NCBI GenBank assembly: GCA_003971905.1
Contig: RSEE01000084.1
Coordinates: 124,001-188,000 of the forward strand
From: Moniliella sp. 'wahieum'
Taxonomy: Eukaryota
Length of the DNA stretch: 64,000 bases
Direction: 5' to 3'
Part shown: in pieces, positions 23,494-36,445 of the stretch
How positions within the stretch are numbered: position 1 is the stretch's first letter
How the letters are laid out: each line of letters starts with the position of its first letter
Position numbers and translations under genes: made by a program
Notes under the pieces: model-generated
What the model saw: only the letters and a program-made list of their open reading frames with translations
Databases searched by the model: none
Told to the model about the DNA's origin: nothing

Positions 23494-24901
23494 ATGTCGA
23501 GCACCCATCCCTGGCGGCATTGGCTCCGTCCACTCCGACACCGGCTCTGGCTCCGGCCATGGCTTCCACGCCCGCCCCGCCGACTCCCACCCGCACGCCA
23601 TCCCGCTCGTCTTCCACAACCGCACCGCCCACCCGCTCATCGTCACCCTTGCTGGCGCCGCCAGCCCGCCGCCTCGCTCGCCGCTGCTGCCACCTCCCAG
23701 ATCGAGCTCAGCCCCGACTCCAAGGCTGCCGAGGGTGGTGGCCGAGGTCTCCGTCTCGAGCCCGCACGGGGCGACGGTGCTGCAGCTGGAGACCAAGGCG
23801 CAGGCCAAGTGGTTCAACAATGCTGCCCCTGCCAACGGCCAACATGAATGGATGCAAGTCGAGACCAAGACGGCGACCGCCCCAAGTGTTGCGGTGCAGA
23901 CGCGTCCCGGGCTTGGCGAGTCCCTCGAGGTGCACGTCCTCCTTTTTAACCAGGTCCATTCCGCCGCTTGGATGGCACAGCTGCCCGACGCGACGCCGCT
24001 TAGTGCGCTCTGCCTTCCGGGCACCCACGAGTCTCTTTCGCGTGTGGCTACCCCATCTCCGCTTGCCAGTCGTCCGGCGCGACGGTGACCAAGCAGCTGC
24101 AGGACGGTATCCGCTTCCTCGACGTGCGCGTGACTGCGAAACCTCCCGGGGGCGGTTGATGACGCGCAGGTCGCCCCCAAGGAGCAGAAGCTCTATGCCT
24201 ACCACGGAATCCAAGATCAAAGATTGAACTGGGCGAGGCGCTGGAGAAGGTATATGCGTTCCTTGCTGGACCGGGCAAGGGGGAGTGCGTTTTTGTTTCG
24301 ATGAAACCCGAGGCGGATGCGCGGGTGATGCAAGAGTGTTTTGAACAGGTGTACCTGGCGCCCAACAAGTCCAAGTGGTTTTTAGAGACCAAGGTACCCA
24401 CCCTGGGCGAAGCACGGGGCAAACTGATCCTCATTTCTCGATATGGATCGTCGGGGACCAACCGGGTGGGATCCATCCCCCCATTTGGCCCAACTCCTCC
24501 AAAGAAATTCTCCTAACGATCTTCCCAGTGGGCAGAAGGTGGTCACCCAGGACTGGTATGGGATCGGCACCATGGGTGGGTTGGGTGAAAAGTTGAGTTG
24601 ATCAAGTCCCTCTTGAACCAGGTTGGCTCGGACCCTGCCACACTGGGGTGAACTTTGTATCAGTAGCTTCCCTACCGCTCGCCTTGCCTCCCTACGCAGC
24701 CAACGGGGCCATGTGGTACAAGGGCCTCAATGCGCGTCTGCGGGACTATGGGCGGACTTGCATTTGTCCCAGGCCACCGGTGGCGAAACACACCATCAGG
24801 CGACATTGCCTCGGCTGATGGCCACTTTTGTCCTGGACTTCTATGAGCACGAGCCGGGATTTGGTTCAACTGCTGTTCCAAAGCAACTTTGTCCCGTGAC
24901 G
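23494..24901 (+). CDS. Phosphatidylinositol-specific phospholipase C, X-domain (bacterial-like PI-PLC fold)
   Basis: WMAQLPDATPLSALCLPGTHES (first catalytic His), QLQDGIRFLDVRV, LYAYHG (second His), ECVFVSMKPE, VPTLGEARGKLILISRY, VLDFYE. Frameshifted; ends approximate. Confidence 0.88.
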
Positions 24902-25606
24902 GTAAGCGTCCTGTCGAGCATCTCTGTCTTATTTTTTCCGTTCCCTTCCCTATCGTTTCTTCCGCCCTCATGTCCTTTTTTAATGGCATTGCTTTGGAGC
25001 CAAAAGGGGGAGGCAGCGTGGGTGTGTTGGAAAGACACATAGGTGCTCAAGGCGCCTTCCCGTGCCGACCACATCAAAATTTGGGGTTATGTGGTTACTT
25101 GCATATTGCCCATCTCGTTCGGTTGCCAACAAAAGGGCAACATTCCGTGGGGGAAGATGCCAGGCGAAAAAAAGGACACAGGTGATATAGCAACTGCGTC
25201 GTCAACGCGCAGACCGAGCATTGGTATTGAGTACTGAGTCGTCTGCCGGGAGTGGAAACCTGGAAGTCCATTGAAGCATCGTTTATGGGATCTACAAGAT
25301 GTCTGTGGTAGATTGCAACTGCCGTTCGCGTTGAAGGTTGGTTGACGCTGGAGCCGCAGACCACAGATCGAATGTGCGTGCTAGTATACTGACAGGCATC
25401 TACTCCACCTTTTTCTCCTGTCCTGTCTGTCGTCAGATGTTTGGACAATGGTGTACGTTAGATTGCCGTTCCCATGGCCACGGGCAATCGGGGTGAGGGG
25501 CAACTGGATGCGAGACTGAGGATCGATGAGGAGAGAGAGAATGCCATGAACGGGCGCGGTGGTGTCAGGAGTGCCAAAGACACGAGCGCCGGGACGGCGG
25601 CTAAGG

Positions 25607-28010
25607 TTACTTTTGGCGTTGCTTGAGCTGGCTCAGCGCGCCATTGGAACGGACCATGCAGCTGGTCTGGAGCGAGTACTTGCCCCTTCGCTTGTCGCCC
25701 AAATTCTTGCCGCTGATCACCAAGTCGAACTGCTCCCGCGCCTGGTCCAGCAGACCCTGCGCCGCATACATATTGCCCAGCTCAAACGTCGCATAGTACA
25801 TCAGGTACGGATCGGTCAAGCTCGGTCCCAGCGCCACCACACGCTGCAACAGCGACTCCACCTCGTCCCCCGCACGCATCTCCTCCGCCTCGGAGCGAAA
25901 GGGAAACCGGGCTGGCTCTGAAGCTTCCACCACCGTCCCGGGCAGCGGCCAGAGGGTCATGCTTAGACTCACCCCACGCAGGAACAACACCAGCGCCAGA
26001 TCGTCCAGGTGCGCTTGTTCGGGTGATTCGGTGCCACCCACAGGGTAGCGCGACGGGTCGTTCTGGTGCGCCTGCACATGGGCCATCGCACGGTCAAGGA
26101 CGGGAAGGTGGTACTCTTGGAACGTCGCAACAGGTGTGTGCTTGAAGGTTTGCAGAATGTATTGCAGCTCCATCCCTGGCAGGAGCAACTGCCCCCCGCG
26201 CCGCACAAACTGCTCTGCCTTGCGCACCACAAACTTATCCAGCGGCACCGACTTGCCCGCCAATTTCTTGCTGTAGTCGGGTGTAGCCGCCATGACGCGG
26301 ATGATGTTGTCGGTTGTCGCCTCGTCCGGATGGGAGGCGGTGAAGTACTCGTACATGCACACTGCGACCGAGTAGTTGTAGCCTGCCTTGGACCAGTTGG
26401 TCTGGGAACGCAGCTGCTTGAAAATCGGCAGCGCTTCGTCCCATTCGGCCAGACAAAGGTGGGAAAGACAAAGGTCCCACAGGATCATGTGCTGGAACTG
26501 CACGTACCGATCTTGCACCTCCAATGTACTTTGCAAAGCCCCGATGGCTTGCTTAGGCTGGGCTTGGGCCAACCGCAGGCGCGCGACAAAGTACCGCGGG
26601 AAAAACCCGTGAGGGAAGCGCTGCAGGTTGAACGCAACGATCCGGCGAGCCAAAGGCAAGTCCAGCCCAGGCAAGGGCGCATAGTTGGAGAAAATCAGGT
26701 GATACGCACACAGCAGCTGATCCGTCAACATGCGCCGAATCCCGTCGTCTTCAGCGGAAATGCCAGCTTGGGGATCCAATGTGCTCAGGTCCCAGTTCAC
26801 ACTCGAAGCCGAATCCTCCGGTTGGATTTCCAGCCGCCGGCAAGGCCAAGCAGGCGAAGACCTTCAAGGCAATCCCCCGTGTACCCCACCACCTCCATGG
26901 CCTTGAGCACTTTGCCTGGTAGCATGCCGAGGAGCATGCTTAACAGACCGTTGCCGAGGTAGACCCCCGAGCGGAAATCTTCGTCTACCCCGGTTCGCTC
27001 CGCCCGCGTCCCGTGTCCGTGCTTTGCCGCTTCATCTGCTTGCTCGAGGAACTTGAGCAGCGACCGGTAGCTCGCGTATACCGACCGAAGATTCAGTGTT
27101 TCGCTCATCAGGCCCAACACATCCCCCGAGCTGAGGATCGAGAGCACCGAGCGCAGCAGCAGAATCTCGGCATGAATCAGCTCAGCATGCCGTTGCACCT
27201 GGCTCATATGCTTCAGCGAGCTGGCACGCACGCCACCGCCCCGTTCAAACAAACCTGCCCATCGACGTTAGACCACCGGTCACGCTCCCCGTCACACCTT
27301 GGTGCGAGGTGCCGCGGCGCACGAGCTGAACATATGCATCGTGTCCTTACAGTGTGATAATGCTTCCTGTACATCCTCCTCCTCAAATCCCTACCTTCGA
27401 AGTCAGCATCGCGTCCTCTCCGTTTTCCTCATTCACAATCCGAGGGTTAGGGGGGGGAAGTGGGGGTAGATAGATATACGTACCATACACGCCTTGAGGA
27501 AAACGACAAACGCTTCTCCCAGGCCAAAGTACATCTTCTGGTCTGCTTGGGACTGGAGGATGCGTTCCGACTCATCAAACTCTGAATTGAAAAACAAGCT
27601 GAGGGCGTGGCGGACGAGGCGGATGTCTTCTCGCAGCTCGGCATCGGACTGCATCACTTTCTCGGCGTCAGCTGCTGCACCCGTTTCGCCTTGCCTCGTG
27701 CATACGCCGCCTGCGCGCGCGCGCGCTCGTGTCGTGCATGAAGCTTGGCGTGGACATGGTGCTCCTTGCTATGGTGCGCGGTGGTATGGTGCTCCTTCTC
27801 ATCTGACCTGGTGGGTGAGGAAACCCGTGCGGAGTGCCGCTTGGGGGAAGAAGGCAGCCGTTGCGGAGAGACAGCCCTTGGAGTGGAGTCATCGTGCGCC
27901 TCCATCTCCTGCATCGGGGCAGGGGAGGAGGAACGGGGCGCAATAGCGCCGCCGAGCGGGAGAAACTCAGCTGTGGAGGGGAGTGGATTGGGAGCCGGCA
28001 CAGCCGGCAC
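25607..28010 (-). CDS. IML2: IML2 / TTC39-family TPR protein
   Basis: HALSLFFNSEFDESE, HAELIHAEILLLRSVL, NLRSVYASY, FRSGVYLGNGLLSMLLGMLP, GYTGD, NWSKAGYNY, KLAGKSVPLDKFVVRKA, KYSLQ. Intron near 27400-27483. The start is uncertain and could lie as far up as about 28428. Confidence 0.8.
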
Positions 28011-29318
28011 AGCTCGCCGAGCAAGTCTGGGGGGTGAAGAAGACGCAAGTAGAAGCTGTCGCCTTGGGAGAGGGAGCTAGCGCCGGTGCTGGAACGAGGG
28101 ATGTGGCAGGAGGTGAGGCGGGAGGGGGGCGGGAGGGGAGGCGGGTGCCGGTGCCGGTGCCGGTGCTGCTGCAGCTGGCTCGATATTACTGGGGGGAGGC
28201 GTAGGCCGGGGTGGCGGCGGCGAAGCGCATTGAACTCCTCTTGGGCTTGCTTCTTGTAGTCCAGCCGCCGCTGTGCCGAGAGGGCGGGGGAGACACAGTG
28301 CGAGAGGCGAGACGAGCGCACTCGAGCGCCGGCCCTGGGCAGTGCGGGGGAGACGCGGCCAAAGGTGTTAGCTGAGGCTGAGGCTCAGGCTCAGGCTCCA
28401 GCTCAGGCTTCAGCTCAGCTCAGGCTCCATCAGGCAAGGGGGCTTGGATGGGGGCGGGAGCTGGGGTGCGATGTCTGCAGAGGAGACCCGGCTATGGCGG
28501 ATGGATGCAGGCGAGGAGGGGCCTGCGGCTGCGGCGGGAGAGGGCGACGGGGACAGCGGCGACGGGGTCAGCGGGCCGGAGTGCTGGCGGGGTGCTGACG
28601 AGAGAGAGGGCGGGGGAGCTGAGCATCGACGCGGGCACGTCCAGCCCCTTTTCGCGCGAGGGCTTGACGCTGAGCCGGCGCCAGAGGGTGCGGACGCCGC
28701 GCTTGTTGGGGGACTCGCCTGCCATCGTCCAGGTGGAGGAAGGGACAAGGACGAGTGGGCGGGGGAATTAATCGGCGGCCACCTCACTCTCTGTCACAAT
28801 TGTTCATCAGCCCAGGCCTTGCAGCTGCGGGTACGTCATGTTAACATCTTGCAAGCGGAGTGGTCAGCTGAGCTGCGCACGCTGAGTTCTGCCTCAGCGC
28901 GGCGTCGCGTAGGACCATGCTCTCGGCGTCTCATGGCTACTTTGAGTAGCCCCTTGTTGAGGGTCTGTGGCTTGCGGCCTTTAGCTCTTCCAACACTTCT
29001 GTGTCGGTCGGTTCCCGCGTCGCCCCCACACAGTTGGCACTTCAATATGATTGACTCTGGGATATGGCAATTCCACAGCACTCTGCACTGCTCGTCTCCG
29101 AGCAAACTGGCCAGGCCGCCGCACATGACACATGTTTACTTGGAGAAGGGCACCTAGCGAATATTGGACGCAATGCCTACTGTTATTGAACCCGCCACAT
29201 TGTCACCACCCACCGCAACTGGACGGCCATGGCTCTCGGTCCAATCATAAGATGCACCTTCGGGGGGGCCAGAACTCTCTCTGCCAGTGGCTCGCCCTCG
29301 CTCAAAAAAAACATACTC

Positions 29319-29561
29319 TGCTAGAGGGTATGCTAGGGTTCACCTGCACTCTCTCCAATGGATCGGTGATGCTCGCTGGTTCGGGTGATTCGAACCTTGC
29401 GTGGCCAACGCCACCCCTTTGTCTGTTCCGACTTGCTTGCTTGACTCTTATCTTCTTCCCTTCAGCTTGCTTGAAGGACTTGTGGCTAACCCCTGCCTTC
29501 TTGCACGCCTTGAAGCTTATCTCTCGTGCTGCCCATAGCGTTTCCCAGCTGCAGTCTAGCA
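29319..29561 (+). repeat. 5' LTR (243 bp)
   Basis: Inverted termini TGCTAGA...TCTAGCA; matches 35420-35665. Confidence 0.95.
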
Positions 29562-30391
29562 GGTTTGTCGCCCTTATCTTCTGCCTCGCGCATTCTGCGC
29601 ACCCGGTTTCCTCGCCTGATGACATTGTGGAAGCGTATGTTCGTCGTGGCGAGTTTAACCCCAACTCTCAAGACGGGATGGCTCCTGGCAAGACAGCGAA
29701 ATGGCCGGCTTTTCGCATCAAGCACACGATTGGTGCTTGGTCTGGACTGAACACCATCCTGTGGGACGTTGACGTGGATGTCGCTGCCGATTTCATCCAG
29801 GACGTCATTCCTACCATTCGCCCTGGGGTATCCCGGGAAGGGCATAGCCTCCCCGGCCCCTGGTTCTGCAGTGGCAGACAAGGACTCTATTGTGGCTGAT
29901 ATCATTACCGACTACAATAAGGGCCATGGTGGCGAAAACTTCTTGCTCACACACGACCGACTTCTATGTTGCCTACGTCTTTTATACCAAGTCTCATCGC
30001 TTCTCCACCTTTGAGGACTTGCAGAAGGCAATCTTTCGCCATCTCAAGGCAGTGCGTAATGCTTGGAAACTGTACGAGGACAATAAGGCTTCCAAACATC
30101 GTGTTGCTCAGAAGCGTCGTGCCATGCGCGACATGCTCCTCGACCCAGAGGACCCGCTCCAACTACCGAATCTGACGATGAACTTCAGCTTCTGACCGCT
30201 CGAGTCAGTACTGAGTCAGTGCACCGTATTGACCTTTGGGCACCCCCGAAGTTCTGTTCCGACTGACAGTGGTATGGCTTTTGCTCATGACCCGTCGGCT
30301 GCTTTGCCGTCGGTGACCGTCCCTTCTGTGGAGCGTATCAGCGAGCGGGCCCCGTCTGCTCGCACGGTGACTATCGAGGCAGCCCAAGTGG

Positions 30392-33300
30392 GTGGATGCA
30401 CCGCGTCTAGTCCAGGGACACATGAATTTCGATGTTATGACATTGGCGAAGCGTGACGCGTGCTTTTGCTTCCTCTCCTCTGACACCTCTGGTGCATGGT
30501 CCGAGCAAAATGACCCGTTGGCTGTTCTTCGCTGGCTGCAGGGCCTCCGTACTCGTTTGGCCATCATTTATCACGACTTTGCTTCGATCTTGGCCGGAAC
30601 AATGGAGGTGCCGCCGGGGTGCACTCTCAGATCGTTTGCGCAACTGATGACGCTGGTGTCGCCTGCCCTCGCGTCCTACATTTCGCGCCTCGCGACCACA
30701 ACGTCTCCCATTCTTGACTCGGTTCCGGACTTCTTGTCGTGCTTGTTCGCGGAAGTACGTCTTTCTACGCCCAGCGTCTCTGAACTACAGCTGTCGGTGC
30801 ACCAGACGGAATGGATCCCAATGCAGAACCCGGCTAGGCCCTGACGCGCGCTGGCTCGATTCCATCCAAGTTCTGACCCTCTTGGGGTACTCCACCTGGG
30901 ACCCTGCACGTGTGATGTCCAGTTTGGAAGCCCTTTTCCGGCGTGGTGATTCGTATCGGCCGCTGATTTTCGCGGGGCTACCTCCCGGACAGCGTGTGAC
31001 CGTGGCACACGTCAATTCTGTCTTGGGGGACTTGCAGTCGTTGGCCCGGGCCAACTTCGTCATGGACTATCTAACGGATTGCGTCCATCTCGGTACCTAC
31101 GGTTGAATCTTTGGCTGTTGATGTCTCTACCCTCCCGTTAATTCGGGGACCACGGGACTGCTTGGGAACGCAGACATGTCTCTGGCAGCGCAGCTACGCG
31201 ATGGGGGTTGCGGCTGTCTGCTGGAATTGCCGCCAGCCTGGACATATCGCTGCCAACTGCCCGGCGCCGCGTCAGGACAACCGCATTTCTACCCGTGGTA
31301 CGTCAGGATGGAATCGCACCCTCCCTGGCAGGACGGAACACGAATACCAACCGTGCGCCCCCAGCAGCATGCTGTTGCGCGTTGCTTCAAGCCTTGGCGC
31401 ACGGCTTAACGGTAATGGATCTCTCCGTCTCAGAGGAGGATGGGCAGCCTGCCGCGGGGTTTGATGATATCGAATAGGGGTGCGCGCGGGGTGAGGCTCT
31501 CTATCCTCGCAGAGGACTTGTTGAGCGCATTGTTTACCACTCGCCCAGGACGCGCGCCCCTTCTTTCCCCCCCTTCTTCTTCTAACAACATCCCATCTCC
31601 ACCTTGCTCCACACCTCGCTCGGCTGAATTTATCTTTGACAGCGGAGCCTCCCATCGCCTTGTCAATGATGCAAGCTTGGCGAAAAACTTCGTGCCTCCC
31701 TCCCGTCCCACCTCGGTAGTCACTGCAGGGGGCAGAAACTGCCGGTCGCTGGGGTGAATGGACCTACGCCTCCTACAATATGATCCATCCCAGCGCAAGT
31801 GGGAGGCGCTTCACTTAATGGGGTTATGCTGGTACCTGACCTCATTACTAATCTCCTCAGTACCCAAGGGTGGCAGCCACGGGTGGGAGTACGCTATTTC
31901 GGGACCATGAGGTGGTGTTTTTCACCAAGAATGGCACTTCCCTCGGGGTTCCACTGAAGGGCACCTACCCCAGAGCGGAAATGGTAGTGTGCACGGATGA
32001 CTGCCAGGTGGAAGGTGCAGTATTAGCGTTCCCTATTCTCTCGGAGACTGAGGATGACTCTTTGAATGATCCTGATGACCAGTTGCGGGACAAACTCTTT
32101 TCCTCGGCCTGTAGCTGAGACTCCAGCCCCCGACTTGACGCGCGCGTCAGCTTGGTTGTGGCACCTTCGGCTTGGCCATGCCGGCGCTGAGGCCGTGAAC
32201 ACACGTCTACGGCCAGCAAAGGGGGATCTTGGCCGCCTTCGTTTCCTGAGTTTTCTTCCTGCGATGTTTGCCGTACGGCCAAGTCGCGAGCCCGGCGGGG
32301 GATGATTCTCGTCTCATCTTGGCCCGCCTCGACCTGGTGTCAGCTGATGTGGTGGGCCCTTGGATGAGCCAGATGCTTTGCAGCACAAGGTACCTTGGCA
32401 CTACATTCTTGTCGTGGTGGCAATTACAGTGGCATGACCTGGGTCTGGCCGTTGAAGGACAAGGCCAGTGCTGCACCCTGCCTCATTCAGTGGGCTACCT
32501 TAATTCATCGCGAAACAGAAAAACATCCAAAAGAATTACGTGTGGCCAAGGCGAATTATGGACTAATGAGGTCAAGACATGGGCTGCTCGTTCAGGTTGC
32601 CTTTTGACAGCTTCTCCTACTCAAGATCCACAGGGAACGCCGTCGCAGAGCGAATGAACCAAGAGATTGGAGAATTGTCCCGTTGTCTCATGCACCACGC
32701 CCAGTTGCCGGGGCGGTTTTGGCCCTATGCTGCGACGCACGCCGGATACATTCACAACCGCCTCGCCAGCAAAGCATGCTGGAAGACGCCGTATGAACTG
32801 TGGACGGGCCAACCCCCCACTCTGTCTGCTCTGCGGGTGTTTGGTTGCACTGCTTGGGTTGTGCGCATGTGGGAATCGACGTGCCTGGACACAAGCTAGT
32901 GAACTCAGCGGCAAATACCTCGCTCCACACGTGCCGTTCGAGGGGTACCTGGGTTACAGTGACCTGCCGGGCCAAGTCAAAGGTCATCGTGTTTGGGTCG
33001 AGGTGTTGGACCGTATCGTGACAGTTTACGATGTGCATTTTGCTGAGGGAGAGTCGGGTCGGCTGGAGCAGCCGCGCCTCCAGGACGATTATTACGTGAT
33101 ATCCCCTTGATCCCCTTGCTCAACCCTATCCCACAGCAGTGGGTGAAGATGGTATTGCTGGTGACATTCCCCTCCTTCCTCCGCGGCGTCCACCCACCCG
33201 GACCGCCGGGCCTTACACCCCCCTCCCCTACACACCCGGGAGGACATCGCCCGCGCGGAGTTCCGGGCGCATGCTCGACGTGACCAAGCGTGAGCGTGAA

Positions 33301-35163
33301 GCTGATCCACCAGCAGTCGTTGACGCGCCCAGGAAGCGTGCTCGATCGGCTCTTGCTGTGGAGCTGGCAGTCGAACTTGATGCTGTGGACCTGGCTCCTG
33401 TCCCAGGGGGGCTGCTTGCGCAGGTCACTCTTGGCCTTGCCCATTTTGCTGCCGGGATGTTGCATGGTCCGGTGGCCACCGGCGGAGCCTACGCGACCCA
33501 GGCCCTGCATGCAGTTGCCGTGGTGCAGGACACACTAGCGCTCACAGCACAGGGCGTGGCCTTTCGCGTACAAGAGGAGCGTAGCGCCGATGGCGAGCTG
33601 CTTGAACCCCTGTCGTTTCAAGAGGCATGCCAGCGACCAGACTGGCCCGTCTGGCATGCTGCCATGGTTAAGGAGGTGAACAAGATGCGGGAACTCGCGG
33701 TTTTTGAGCTCGTGGATCGGCCTGCCAATGTTCCTGTTCTCCGGTGCCAGTGGGTGTTTAAAGCGAAGCTGGATGACACTCGTCAGGTTACCAAGCACAA
33801 AGCCCGTCTCGTTGCCGATGGACGGACCCAGGTTCAAGGAGTGAACTTTGACGAGGTTTTTGCTCCCGTTGTCAGGAGTGAGACCATCCGGGTCTTGCTC
33901 TCCTTGGCGTGTCGTTTTGGCCTGCATGTCCATCAAATGGATGTGGAGGCGGCATACTTACATGCGGCAGTTGACACTGAGGTTTACATGGCCATCCCGC
34001 CTGGCTTCAGGGGTCCTGACACGGAGGGCAAGTGCTGGAAGTTGCTCAAGGGTGTTTACGGCCTACGCCAGGGGGGCAAGCTTTTCCACGACCATCTGGA
34101 TGGGGTGTTCTTACGTCTCGGCTACCACCGGTTGCAAGGGGAACCGTGTGTATATCTTCGCGGCCAGGGCAGTGCTTTGGTTCTGGTGGCCTGCTTTGTG
34201 GATGATACTGTTTGGGCCTGTGCCGACTTGACGCGCTTGCAAGAGGCCAAGCGCCAATTTGCCAAGCAATTGCCCGTGACTGATGGCGGCCCTGTCAGCT
34301 ACTTGTTAGGGGTGAAGGTGGAGTATGATCAAGCAGCCCGTACCTGCTTCCTCAGCCAGCGGGGATACGTGGAGGGTGTGCTTGCGCATTATGGGGAAAA
34401 GCTAACCTCACCTCCCAGCCCTCGACCTGCTCGCCCGGCGCATCTACTACCTTTCTCGGGCCAGGCCAGTGATGCGGATCGTCGTCAGTATGCGGGGCTT
34501 ATTGGTCACCTTGGCTTCGCTGCCCTTAACACCCGCCCTGACATTGCTCAAGCTGTGGGCGTGTGTGGTCGCTTCATGGCTAACCCGGGACCAGATCACT
34601 TCAATGCCGCGTTTCAGGTCCTACGCTTTCTTCGTCGCTCACCGGGAAAAGGTCTCCATTTCTCCTTTCACGCTGATGCGCCGTTGCTAAATGGGTTTAG
34701 CGATGCCGACTGGGCGGGGTGCCCGGCGAACCGGCGTTCGACCTCTGGGTATGTTTTCTTTGTGGCTGGCAATTTGGTTTCTTGGTCGTCGCGGCAGCAA
34801 CTCATGGTCACACTCTCGAGCACCGAAGCGGAATATGTTGCCCTGGCTCATGCGGCCAAGGAAGCAGTGTGGCTCAGGCTGTTGCTCCGGGAAATCTTAC
34901 CACATGAGGAGGTGGTGCCCACCATCTTCACTGACTCTCTCGGCGCCCGCAAGCTGGCCGAGGGCCACATCATTCACAAGCGCTCGAAGCACATCGATTT
35001 GCGGCACCACTTTCTGAGGGAACTCATTGCCGCCAACGTGCTCCTCTTGGCGCAAGTGGCGGGGGTGCACAATCCGGCTGACATGTTCACCAAGACGATC
35101 TCGGGCCGCGCAGTCGACGCTAGGGCGGAGCAACTTGGTCTGCGTGGTGGCGGTGGCAGCTAA
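30392..35163 (+). CDS. Copia gag-pol polyprotein; frameshifted in the assembly, with RT/RNase H intact in ORF 33139-35163
   Basis: CCHC knuckle at about 31219-31260, DSGAS at about 31637, integrase at about 32150-33030, RT-RNase H in the 674-aa ORF. Start approximate. Confidence 0.9.
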
Positions 35164-35419
35164 CCACGTTGGGCTCCGGAGCCCTTCTTTCTCTCAAGAC
35201 CGGTTTCTTTTCTTTCGTCTTGGCTTTCTCATCTACACAAATTAAATCGCAGCGGGACTGGGTTTTTTTTTCTCGCATCCACGATGCGTTTGTTTTACCA
35301 GTTCCTGCTCACCAGAACAAATACATGTTTGGCGCTCGCGGCCGTGAATCATTTCTCCCTTTCGTCTCGATGTTCTTTGGCCTCACCACCTTTGGCCTGG
35401 CGAGCTCACCGAGGGGGGC

Positions 35420-35665
35420 TGCTAGAGGGTAGTGCTAGGGTTCACCTGCACTCTCTCCAATGGATCGGTGATGCTCGCTGGTTCGGGTGATTCGAACCTT
35501 GCGTGGCCAACGCCACCCCTTTGTCTGTTCCGACTTGCTTGCTTGACTCTTATCTTCTTCCCTTCAGCTTGCTTGAAGGACTTGTGGCTAACTGCCCTGC
35601 CTTCTTGCACGCCTTGAAGCTTATCTCTCGTGCTGCCCATAGCGTTTCCCAGCTGCAGTCTAGCA
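35420..35665 (+). repeat. 3' LTR (246 bp)
   Basis: Same sequence as the 5' LTR apart from two small indels (1 bp and 2 bp); preceded by the polypurine tract. Confidence 0.95.
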
Positions 35666-36445
35666 ACGTCATCCTCGCCCTGACCGCCACCTTCAAGCAT
35701 AGATGGCCTTGGGACGCACAGTAAGTCACACACATAGCTCGCATGTGCATGAACATCGTAATGTCGACGCTGATGACATGGATGGCCTCGCTTCTCTTTC
35801 CGATGGCGCAAAGCAGTCCGTTGTCATCCATATCTTCGAACGTCGAACCATCGTAGGCACCAGTCAGCCATGTGCCGCGTCGACGCGCAGCCTAACTTTG
35901 CCTGGACTTTGAACGTTCAACTTGAAACTTAAGCGTTCAACGTTCAAACGTTCAACACCAGTCGATTTAATGATCAGTCCTTCCCCGACGTGTGTCCCTC
36001 CCGTCCCCAGTTCCATGCCCGGGACCCGAAGTTGGGAGAAGATCAGGTGTACGACCCACGGTAGCACCGGCCTAGACTCAGGCTCTGCATTCCTTTGTTC
36101 TTATTAACTTACATTCTGTCTCCCTCCAACCCGTCAGAGCTCACGCGGAACTAAAAACTCCGCCCTCCTCCGCTGTCGGATGGCGCACAACAGCGAGGCG
36201 CCAAGGAGGGCTGTAAATCTATTTTGGTAGAAGCAAAGGAGTGCACGCAGAGGAGCTGTCGCTGTACTGTTTAGTTGGCGTATTACCTCGTTTAATGGGA
36301 GAACACGACAAACATTAATTCCCCATGGTGTTGTTCGCCACCATAGTATCTGACGATGGCTTATTTTCAGAGATCGGAGGCTGATACGCCACGGGGGTGC
36401 AGTGAACAAAGTATCAAAGTAGCCAGGTGCGTCTCTGACCCAGCC

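Larger units (their letters stand above)
29319..35665 (+). mobile_element. Full-length Ty1/copia LTR retrotransposon, ~6.35 kb
   Basis: Two near-identical LTRs and a polypurine tract GAGGGGGGC before the 3' LTR. Domain order is gag zinc knuckle (CWNCRQPGHIAANC), protease (FIFDSGASHRLV), integrase (LWHLRLGH...AERMNQ...KTPYELWTG), RT (KARLVADG...QMDVEAAYL...GLRQGG...FVDD), RNase H (SDADWAG, SSTEAEY, KHIDLRHHF, NPADMFTK), which is the copia order. Confidence 0.97.
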
